Of a stretch of 64,000 nt of DNA, positions 51,301-61,435 are shown in pieces. This stretch comes from Laetmonice hystrix (taxonomy: Eukaryota), in NCBI GenBank assembly GCA_965235115.1, contig OZ249441.1, forward strand, positions 11,904,001 through 11,968,000. The letters are read 5' to 3'. The position numbers were made by a program, and so were the translations under genes. The first letter of the stretch is position 1. Each line of letters begins with the position of its first letter. The notes below the pieces were generated by a model. The model saw only the letters and a program-made list of their open reading frames with translations, was not told the DNA's origin and did no database searches.

Positions 51301-54300
51301 CTTTTGAAATGGGTATATGGTCCCACTGCGTGGATTAGACTGGTACAGCCTAACAAGATATTGTTGTGTTCTGGGACAGGATGGCAGTGACAGCAGCCAG
51401 CGAATGGTCCGGACAAGTGGTCGCTCGTCTCGAGGCAGCCGTAAGGGCAGACGGCCTCGGAAACTTCCAGAGATTCCTACAAATGCCAAACCAAGTGAGT
51501 AGCGGCCATTAATAACTTGAATAGTTTTTATCCAATTATTGAGCCATTTAATTTTCCTGCAGGTTCTGCTTTGACTTCAGTGTGGAAGGATGTAAGGATG
51601 CTGTGCTTGAGGCTTCCCCCATAAATGATTTTATTTTGCCTATGCATACAGTGATTATGTCGTTTGTGTTATCTGGCTTTGAAATGCCTGCATGAATATC
51701 TGACTGTTGTCAGTCAGCCCGATAGCAGGGTATTTGGTGTGGCTCTACAATGGTAGGGTAAGTATGGGCAGCGAGAGAGCAGAGTATGCCTGGCGACAGC
51801 AGGCCGTGAGACGGCATGGAAAACTGTAGCGATGGCAGTAAATGATGCCAGACACCCTGGCAGGTAGCATCACTCTGCCGTCAGCGCCGTCAGACCCACG
51901 TGCCTGCGTCTTTAGTCTATGTTTGTGGTCCGACTGATTTCTGCCATAGTTAGCCGTGTCTGGGATTGATTTCTTAGTGATCTTAAAATAACTATAGCTT
52001 CAGCCCGCGGTGCTGTGACACTCTGGGAAGGCTTGCATGAGATGTTTCATCACGAAACTCACCAACTGTGTTACTAGAGCGTGCTTTTTAAAACAGTCAC
52101 TTAATTTCTTTCTGGATTAAAAAAAAGTAAATCCGGTTTCTAAGAGCAGCATATTTTGAATATCATCCTATTTTGACGACATTAGTATTACACAAAAACA
52201 GCCCGTAACAAGAGTGCTTGCCTGTTATTGATTGATTGTGGTGCATCCTGCCCCGGGTTATGTAAAGAACTGGTGGGTGGTGTATAATGAAACAGTCCCC
52301 TGCATGATTGACTGAGCATCAGTTATTTATCGCTTATGTGGGAGGAGATGATATATTGGTTTACATGTTTAAAGAAATCAAAGACTATGGGTAGCCTATT
52401 TGGAATGGTTAAATCTTCTTTCCAGCTAACCCTATTTGGCGGGCTTATAGGCTTGCCCGGAGAGGTTTTCTGGTTTACTTAAAGCTCTTCCACATCATTA
52501 GAAATAATATACATATAACAAAAACTTTAGGTTAATAGCCAGGAAACTTCAAATCGTCTGGGGCTGTAGATATTTCAGGAAGTCATAACTAATATTTAGC
52601 TTCACTGATTTGGAATATTCCTTATTATTGCCAACCGGATGTTTGAGGATATGGGTCTTATACGTCTAGATCTCTGCATGAATATGACAGGAAAGGTCTG
52701 ACCGTATAGCTGGTGGTTTGGGAACCAGGACCTTTGTTACCCGTGGAGCCGGATTGTATAACCTGATGGAAGATTTCCATCAAACTGACACGATCCAGAT
52801 GGGGCAATGTTCCCATCACCACGGTCCTGTTGCCTCAACCAACCCCTGCAATCAATAAACAGATCGACCGAGGTCAACGACAGGAGCGCCATCTGACGTT
52901 TATGTTGTTCATTGGGGAGAGAGCTCCGGGGGCTCTGGAATCCCGGTACGGGCGGGGGAGATTAGGTAGAGAGCTGGAATCCCGGTACGGGCGGGGGAGA
53001 TTAGGTAGAGAGCTGGAATCCCGGTACGGGCGGGGGAGATTAGGTAGAGAGCTGGAATCCCGGTACGGGCGGGGGAGATTAGGTAGAGAGCTGGAATCCC
53101 GGTACGAGCGGGGGAGATTAGGTAGATAGCTCCTGGAGCACTGGAATCCCGGTACGGGCGGGGGAGATTAGGTGAGTGTTCCCGGGGCGCTGGAATCCCG
53201 ATACCGGCGGGAGATATTAGGTAGAGAGCTGGAATCCCGATACGGGCAGGGCAGATTAGGTAGATAGCTCCTGGAGCACTGGAATCCCGGTACGGGCGGG
53301 GGAGATTAGGTAGAGAGCTGGAATCCCGGTACGGGCGGGGGAGATTAGGTAGAGAGCTGGAATCCCGGTACGGGAGGGGGAGATTAGGTAGAGAGCTGGA
53401 ATCCCGGTACGGGCGGGGAGATTAGGTAGAGAGCTGGAATCCCGGTACGGGCGGGGGAGATTAGGTAGAGAGGAGTGAAGTGGAAAATACGCATGGCGTT
53501 ACATGGCACTGTACACATAGATTTATTCAGCAGCATTTCAGCAAAGTTTGTTTGAAACCTCCAAATTCATATTGGCCAGTGCAGGACTGCATTTTTCTTC
53601 TGTTATTTTTCTTGTATTAAGAGTTTTTCTTCTGCTTTCATTGTTTTGTAAACCTCACAGTCCCTTTACATGCTTTCTGTGTGTTTATTGCAGCTACAAT
53701 CACCTTCATGACGGCCAATGGGGCGTTAAAATGCTGCCACGTCTCACAGCTAGCCAACTTCCTGACAGAGTTCAGAGACAATAAAGGTCAGCAGGCATGC
53801 TCAGTTAGAGCCTTATAGTGCACCTATTTCTTGTTTATCCTGCATACCAGCATCAGTGGACAGCGCCATGCATGTACATGACTAAATTTACCAGTCTGGG
53901 CAGTACGCGGTACTCAGTTTTCTTATAGTATTAAAATTGTGGGGTTTTTTTTAATTATAAGGAAGTCAAGTCACACGATGTTATAAATAATCATTTATGG
54001 GGACATGAGCTACCTTTTACCCGGGCAGCAGACTGTTATCAATGACGTGATGTGATTTTAAAGTGTCCTTTGTCCTATGTTATGCCCAGTGTTGGCAGTG
54101 TCAGGTAACGTAGTGAGTGACGTTCTGTCATGGAAACCTCTACTCGAATGTTTTCTGACAATTTATTTAGATAGCATGGCTGACGACATGACGTTTCTCC
54201 GAAAACTAGGTCTCCGGCCTTGCTTCAAGATTAGAACTGGGAATGTAGTAGGCCATCACTGACGACAAAAAAGCTTTTTGCCTACTTGAGTTATGGTTTG

Positions 54301-54525
54301 AGTCAGTGCTTTAGTTGGGTTTAACTGTATGTTAGAGCTATGTCTTGCCAAAGCAGAAGGGTTTGCAACGTATCTTTTGTGTGTGAAAGATGTGCTGTAC
54401 TCGTATATTGTAAATGTATACTCGTCACTCGTCATCTAACTCTGAATTCAACGTTCTCATATTCAGAACGCGGCATGTCTATCAGTCTTGTTTCCATGCG
54501 TCTCTTTAGTGTACAGGCTGGTCGC

Positions 54526-54561
<36 letters not shown>

Positions 54562-57500
54562 TTCATCTTCATTTTCTTTTTCTTTTTTTGAACGCCTCCT
54601 TCTCGTTGGTTTACCGTGTACGCTTATATCATGTGGATTCCACAGATGTTCTGATAATCTGCATCGTCTAAGAATGGCACACGGGTATGGAGACAGAGAT
54701 CATGGTGCCGCCCCCTGGTGAGGTATCATGACTATATGTTCACGTGGAAACGACACGCGGGAAAAGGGGGATATTCTTTTCTAAACAATACTACTGACTC
54801 GAGTTCCTCCTCCTTTCTCTCTCTCTCTCTCTCTCGATCTCTCCCTCTCTCTCGATTTCTTTTAGATCAGCACATCTCACAAGTTAACACTCTATTCAGC
54901 GACAGAATCTCATCACGAGTTCACTCATTCTCCTCGCGCAAACCAGTTACCTAATAAGTTTGAATTTTGAATTTTAATGACGACATTTTGAATAACTTTG
55001 CAGCCCAGTTGATAAACGTTCGCTGTGGAGGGCCACGTGAGTAATTGATGGCAGAGTTGATGGTGTTAGATGTGGTTGCAAGGCACCTATCTCCGTACCA
55101 ACACACATGTTACCTATAGTCTCCTGAATTAAACGGGACTTGACGTTATACGTATTGATCAGAAAATGCGTCCAGCACCCAGCGGGCTTTGTTTATTGTT
55201 TCATAATTGTGTGTACACACTGACACTGGTATGTTGTGGCCAGTTAGCCTTCCTGTCGGGCTGTGTAGCATCCAATCATGAGCTCAGATCATTGTTTGTG
55301 TTATGTGTATGATTAAGTGTTCATGTCTACGATTTGTGGGAGCCTCCGAATTGACTAGATCTATATGCACACACGCAGATAGGCGTACACGCGAGGGAAG
55401 TTTCATATCATGCGATGTGGTTTTTAAAACACCGGGTTATAAATGTACTAGTGTGTCAGTAGGCCTACATTAGCCTTTATCTTAGTCATGACTCCAGGTC
55501 AGTTTTTTCTCTGTCACGTATTGCGTAACGTTTGGCCCCAACCTATCAGTTGGAGATGTGACTCTAGGCCTATATGTGTCCGTATTGAGTGAATGTGAAA
55601 AAGTCTGATTTGAGTTATTTTAAGCTTTTCTTAAAGCACTAGAAGAGACATCATGTGCTCGGTGACACTAGGTCTGTGATGATGAGTTGGCTTACGAGTG
55701 ATTGGCCTAGGCCTAAAGGCATAGATCTATAGGCCTATAGTCTTTTTGAAAGGGAATGAATCTCAAAGCAAAAACTTAGGCATTTCCAAAGTATAAAAGC
55801 ACAAGAGATAGTATTTTTTCTGTAATTCTGTAATAGGCAGTGCTGTTTAGCCGAATCCTAACTGCTTTTCTTTTACTTTAGGCTTATAAATAGGCCTAGG
55901 CCTATTAACAGAGGATAGAGCCATCTCTCTAGAGGTCTGTCCAGCTATCTTTTCAGTCCGTAAACAGGATTCAGTCTGATTCAAGTGTTTTCTTGCAGAA
56001 TCTGAACTTCTGCAGCGGTCCCTGAGCATTGACCGGTCTCTGGCCGATGAGCTCCACGAAGCCGACCCAAGTCTCAAACTCTCTAACAGCACTCCCAGTG
56101 TGTTACGAAGTGATGAGTCATCGCCCGACAGTAATGTCGAGTTTGAGCAGCCCCAGTATCGAACGAGAAAATTCAGCGCCAGTAGTCGCTGTCATGACGA
56201 CCCCCGCGACGATCTCAGCAACTCGGAACGCGACATCATGTCAATGAGCACATCTACAAACGGGTCACAGATAACGGACTCCGAATTCAAGGTCAAGTCA
56301 GAGGAATGGGACAAGGAGACATATAAAAGGGATAGCCGGGAGTTTGATGAAAGCTGTGACTACGTCAATGACATGGCCAGCAGTTCTGGCGCGGGTTACC
56401 ACAGAGACGGCATGCAGCGCCATCTGTCGGATAATGCAAGAGGTTCGAGGGCGAGTGGCAGTGCAAACCAAGCTTTGTTGAGTTCAGACAGCGTTTTTCC
56501 GAAGGAGGATTCATCACCGGAGGAGAGGCCCCAGGCCCGGAGGAAGCCATCCACGGCACGGCCGAGCAGAAAGAGTAGCGTTGATACACCAGGTGTGTAG
56601 CCATGTTCATCTTAAGTAGCTTAAATGCTGTAGATGGATCATACAGGGTGACCACAAATGAATGCAACCCATAAAAGTGTTTGTCTTTTCTACAACTGTT
56701 GAGAGATTTGCTTTATTTTTCACTCATGTTAAGCTGAGTTGATAACAAAACAGTTCTGAAAGTTTGGGCTAGAGCTGCAGTTCAAATGGTTTTTTATGAC
56801 CTTTCCAAAATGTGTTCCAAATGACCACCTCGACGTCGTAGGCACTCCTGAACGCCGGTTTCAATAGGCCTATGTTGAAATCTTTTTCTCTCATACGACA
56901 GTTATCTTGTCGTGTCGTAGGAAATCGTCATGTGTGTGAACACCTATCTTGTCATGTCATAGACAAAAAATCGTAAGAAATCAGTGGTTTTCCTGTCGTG
57001 TCACACATTATTCTTCTACGAGCGCACCTCATTTTCCCACCCAGCTCGCGCCATTTTCCAGGTCAAATGACCGGAAAACTCACCGCAAACACTTTGTCTT
57101 ATCGTGTCGTAAGAAGTTATCGAAATAGTGTAGTATGATGAGGCTTTACTAGAGGCCTGCTTAGGCTAGGCTTCTCATGTGTTGATCATCTACAAGTGAT
57201 GAGTAGTTATTGAACGTTTGTTGCAGGTCGCAGATCGTCAACGACAAGTACAATGTCGGTTGACATGGAGGAACTTGATGCTTCACACCGTGGATGTCAC
57301 AAATTCATTCCTCGTCACCCAGACGAACTTTTCATAGAAATAGGGGATCCAATCCATGTTCAGGTGGAAGATGACGACCTCTGGTGTACAGGTTAGAAAC
57401 TAGCACAGTACAATGGAGCTCTTAGTTAATTTTATCTAATTCAGGAGAAGAAAAGTGTCATCAACCGTTTTTTTATCGACTTTGTACACATACATAGTTT

Positions 57501-60500
57501 TGGAACTCTTTGTCTGGAGCTAATTCCCAGAATAAGTAACGTTAGGCCTAGATACTGGACTGAACCTTCGCTAATTTACCGGAGCATAACTTAGTCGACA
57601 TTGCGATCTTTGTTTCAAGATGTTTGAATGTACAAAATTTGTAAACATGTGTTCGATCTATCCTGAAAATGTTGCTTGGGTTCCTAGGTTACAACCTTCG
57701 TACCTGCAAATATGGAATTTTCCCATCAGCATATGCTACAGACCTAAGCTTTTTGGAAGGTGAAGGTACGTTATCATACGAATGATTCAAAGCAGTGTGC
57801 ATATTCTTCTTATTATGACTTATTCGTGACTTTACAAGACGGTTTTATAATTGTCCTTAAGGCTGGCAGATTAAAGCAATAATACTTTTATAAGGACAAT
57901 ATAAGATGGTGTGACCATTAACGGATCATCCAAGTTATGTTTTATATAAGAATAGTCGTCATCAACTGAACAATGTCTTTTCTATTAGAACTTTATACAT
58001 AAAAACAACCTTTTCAGAGGGCGGGATACGCCCCGTCAAGTTCTTCCTGAGGTTCCTTGGATCAGTAGAAGTAGCTTATCACAAGGGTACCGAGGTTCTG
58101 GTACAAGCCATCAATAAGGTGAGGCCTTCCAACCATGGGTGTTATCTATTATCACAAGGGTACCGAGGTTCTGGTACAAGCCATCAATAAGGTGAGGCCT
58201 TCCAAACATGGGTGTGACCTATTCATCATTTATCACAAGGGTACCGAGGTTCTGGTACAAGCCATCAATAAGGTGAGGCCTTCCAAACATGGGTGTGACC
58301 TATTCATCATTTATCACAAGGGTACCGAGGTTCTGGTACAAGCCATCAATAAGGTGAGGCCTTCCAAACATGGGTGTGACCTATTCATCATTTATCACAA
58401 GGGTACCGAGGTTCTGGTACAAACCATCAATAAGGTGAGGCCTTCCAACCATGGGTGTGACCTAGTCATCATTTATCACAAAGGTACTGAGGTTCTGGTA
58501 CAAGCCATTAATAAGGTGAGGCCTCCCAACCATGGGTGTGACCTATTCATCATTTATCACAAAGGTACCGAGGTTCTGGTACAAGCCATCAATAAGGTGA
58601 GGCATCCCAACCATGGGTGTGACCTAGTCATCATTTATCACAAGGGTACCGAGGTTCTGGTACAAGCCATCAATAAGGTGAGGCCTTCCAACCATGGGTG
58701 TGACCTAGTCATCATTTATCACAAAGGTACTGAGGTTCTGGTACAAGCCATCAATAAGGTGAGGCCTCCCAACCATGGGTGTGACCTATTCATCATTTAT
58801 CACAAAGGTACCGATGTTCTGGTACAAGCCATCAATAAGGTGAGGCCTCCCAACCATGGGTGTGACCTAGTCATCATTTATCACAAAGGTACCGATGTTC
58901 TGGTACAAGCCATCAATAAGGTGAGGCCTTCCAACCATGGGTGTGACCTATTCATCATTTATCACAAAGGTACCGATGTTCTGGTACAAGCCATCAATAA
59001 GGTGAGGCCTTCCAACCATGGGTGTGATGTAGTCATCATTTATCACAAGGGTACCGAGGTTCTGGTACAAGCCATCAATAAGGTGAGGCCTTCCAACCAT
59101 GGGTGTGATGTAGTCATCATTTATCACAAGGGTACCGAGGTTCTGGTACAAGCCATCAATAAGGTGAGGCCTTACAACCATGGGTGTGACCTATTAGGAG
59201 ATTGGGGAGCCCATTCCCAATGCTTTGTTCCCTATTCACTTTCAACTTCTCTATTTCAGTATTTTCTGTCCTTTCAAGAATTCTAAGCCGTTGGTTGTTT
59301 TGCTTCCTCTCACCAGGTGGCGCTAACACGACGCTCGACGTTGAATGGGACGCCCCCTCCCTTGGTGATGATAGAGATTAATGAACATGGTATTAAAATG
59401 ACAGATAAATCGAAGGTAAGCACAAGATTCATCTTTGGAAACTTTTTCGTATTTTCATTAGGATTTAAAGTATTTTCAATGACAACACATTACTTAAAAA
59501 ATACTTTTATACAGAACACGTCTTGAAAGTCCTTTATTCTGAAGATGATATTTGCCCCTATTCTTAACTGTACGGATGTAGAATACCCGCAGTCGATACA
59601 GAAGATACTTTCAGGTATTATATTTGTGGTACTAATACATATATTGTCGATTGACATGTTGGGGAATCAGAAGAAAGAGAAGGTTAGCAGTGACGGAAGT
59701 GACGTGCAGATGTCGCCAGGGAGGAGAGCAGCCTCCATACGAGCCCGCCTCGCCAAAATATTATCAAAGGTTGGCCCTCAGTTCAGACACTTTAAAACAT
59801 TTATAACTGTTATGAGAATCTCATAGCTATAATCTAATAAATATGACTCTGTGGTATTTGTAGGACAGAATATGATTAGAATTTTAGCAAACAGGACCAT
59901 GAGATTTACCGGTATCTAGGGGCCGTCCCTAAATTACGTAACACTCGGGAGGGGGTGTATGTATGTCCAAGCGTTACTCTCCATTATAAAGCTCCATTGA
60001 AAGCGTTACGGGGAGTGTCAGATTTTGTTCAGAATAGCGTTATATCATTTATGGACGGCCTCCTATTATAACTGGTGATGTTTTAGTAAGGCATGTGGGA
60101 GATATTTCACAAGGAATAGGAATCTCTTAAAACATCATTTGAGTATGTAGTTATCAATAATCAATCCGGTTTTTCTGGTCCAAGAAAGGAGTTGTTCTAT
60201 CTACATGTCAGAAAAATCCAAGTTGATGGAGTCGTGGTTTGCTTTCAGGAGAAGGAGCCCAATCACAACCACTTTTTCTCCTTGAAGAACGTGTCTTTCT
60301 GTGGCTATCATCCAAGAAACGAACGGTAAGTAATTATAGGGTCCATGAGTACTACTTTTAGCACACATTGCTGTTCCAGACATGTTATTATTGACGGTTT
60401 TGAAAGGACTTTCCATGACCTTTCACATTTCAAAGTGATATTCTAATATAAAAACCATTTATCAAGGAGAGAGGAAGGAGATTTTGATGATCGTAATTTT

Positions 60501-60990
60501 TATGATATTCCAGGTATTTTGCATTCATCACCAAGCATCCCCTGGAGATGAGGTTTGCATGCCACGTTTACTTGTGTGAACACTCGACAAAGAGCATTGT
60601 TGACGCTGTGGGGTAAGTTGTTTACATTATTCATCAGTCCTTATTCCTGGCAGCAGGACTCAGGAAATGTTGGACTGAAATCTGACAGTAGCAGGTACAT
60701 GATCAGAGGAAAGTGGAGGTTCTAGTAGTGAGGTTTAGGAAGTCCTTGGATCTTTATTGGCATGTGCCATTAGGTCACCAGTAGGTCACCAGTGGGTCAC
60801 CAGTAGGTCACCAATAGGTCACCAGTAGGTCACCAGTAGGTCACCAGTAGGTCGGTGCACATCACCAGTTTGGTCTCTTGTGACACGTATTTGAGAAAAG
60901 TGTTAATTTGTTTGCAGGACGGCGTTCCGACAGTTCTACAGTCAGTACATGGCCTTTGTACACCCGACAGAGGACATATACATAGAATGA
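45278..60990 (+). CDS. MAPK8IP1: JNK-interacting protein 1/2-like scaffold (JIP/Aplip1; SH3 + PTB/PID + C-terminal kinesin-light-chain-binding motif)
   Basis: join(45278-45378 [first exon tentative], 47481-48252, 51380-51494, 55999-56592, 57227-57391, 57688-57765, 58018-58118, 59317-59415, 60249-60325, 60514-60612, 60918-60990), phase-consistent. RLTHDISL; SH3 HRGCHKFIPRHPDEL...DDLWCTGYNLRTCKYGIFPSAY; PTB FLGSVEVAYHKG, FFSLKNVSFCGYHPRN, YFAFITKHP..RFACHV; ends HPTEDIYIE* (human JIP1 ends PTEDIYLE). Confidence 0.92.
45325..45372. repeat. (CAG)16 trinucleotide microsatellite
   Basis: 16 uninterrupted CAG units read directly. Confidence 0.97.
50014..50695. repeat. 51-bp tandem minisatellite, ~13 copies (JIP intron)
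   Basis: Unit aactct(t/c)cacatactactaatgtgtctgcctg(a/g)aatccctgcagcaaag(g/t)c; one +1 insertion near 50300 shifts the repeat ORFs. Confidence 0.95.
52932..53470. repeat. 39-bp G-rich tandem minisatellite, ~13 copies (JIP intron)
   Basis: Unit gagagctggaatcccggtacgggcgggggagattaggta, with a few longer variant units. Confidence 0.95.
54529..54850. repeat. (TTTC)n and (CT)n pyrimidine microsatellites
   Basis: ctttctttct run ~54529-54590 and ctctct run ~54814-54850. Confidence 0.8.
55004..55036 (+). CDS. MAPK8IP1: Candidate 33-nt in-frame cassette exon of JIP (T-QLINVRCGGP), or the 3' end of an internal first exon
   Basis: Acceptor aactttgcag, consensus donor gtgagt, phase 1/1 fitting between 51494 and 55999. 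Confidence 0.4.
58077..59190 (+). repeat. 81-bp tandem array derived from a JIP exon end plus 5' splice site (original + 13 copies)
   Basis: Unit = last 42 nt of exon 58018-58118 (YHKGTEVLVQAINK codons) + gtgaggcc donor + intronic sequence; the first unit is only 73 bp. Confidence 0.97.
59919..60062. mobile_element. PIF/Harbinger-like MITE, copy 3 (diverged, inverted relative to copies 1-2)
   Basis: TIR ggggccgtcc / ggacggcctc, subterminal aattacgtaac; 3-bp TSD CTA/CTA. Confidence 0.7.
60771..60852. repeat. 11-bp tandem repeat (ggtcaccagta), ~7 copies, in the last JIP intron
   Basis: Directly visible repeat units. Confidence 0.9.
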
Positions 60991-61112
60991 CCATGAGGAT
61001 CCCACATAGGACGCCCGGAGAGCCAATCCAAAACTCCACCCTAATGCTGTCTCACCCACCGTGTGGACCATCAGTCACCTGGATTTCGTGTGCTTTGACC
61101 TTTACCATGCCA

Positions 61113-61435
61113 AATAAAGGTATTGACATTAACCCAAAGGTCTGTTTGTGCCTGTCAGATATATGTTTGTTTTCTTAATGTTTATTCGCAAAATTGGAAG
61201 ATAAACAAGTCAATGTCTGATAACTTCTCAGTCTTTAGTGCATCTGAAGCTGTATTTTTAATCAGCCGGTTTTCTGTATGTAAAGTACCGGTAATTCCAA
61301 AAGATATAAACTTAGCTTTAATTTATTTGTAACGAAAACATCAATTGTTACTTCGTTTTTGACATGGATAGGACCAGTACTTTCTCACTGTACTGGATCA
61401 ATTTAAATTTGATTTAAGCTTTTATTGCAAATAAA
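61113..61435 (+). terminator. Candidate polyadenylation signals of JIP
   Basis: AATAAA at 61113-61118 and 61430-61435, downstream of the stop at 60990. Confidence 0.4.

Noticed and set aside
9883-53129. Repeat-peptide ORFs at 9883-10212, 49980-50654 and 52830-53129
   Set aside because: Translations of minisatellites whose units are multiples of 3; the 51-bp array contains a frameshifting insertion.
1435-59190. Tandem arrays as CRISPR arrays
   Set aside because: No unique spacers, no cas genes, eukaryotic intron context.
58135-59286. 383-aa repeat ORF (YHKGTEVLVQAINKVRPSKHGCDLFII)n as a standalone protein
   Set aside because: It is an intronic tandem copy of an exon end; the frame stays open only because the 81-bp unit is stop-free. 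It is out of frame with JIP and has no promoter evidence.
59671-59682. 12-nt KKEK microexon candidate in JIP
   Set aside because: In frame, but the acceptor lacks a pyrimidine tract; too easily found by chance.
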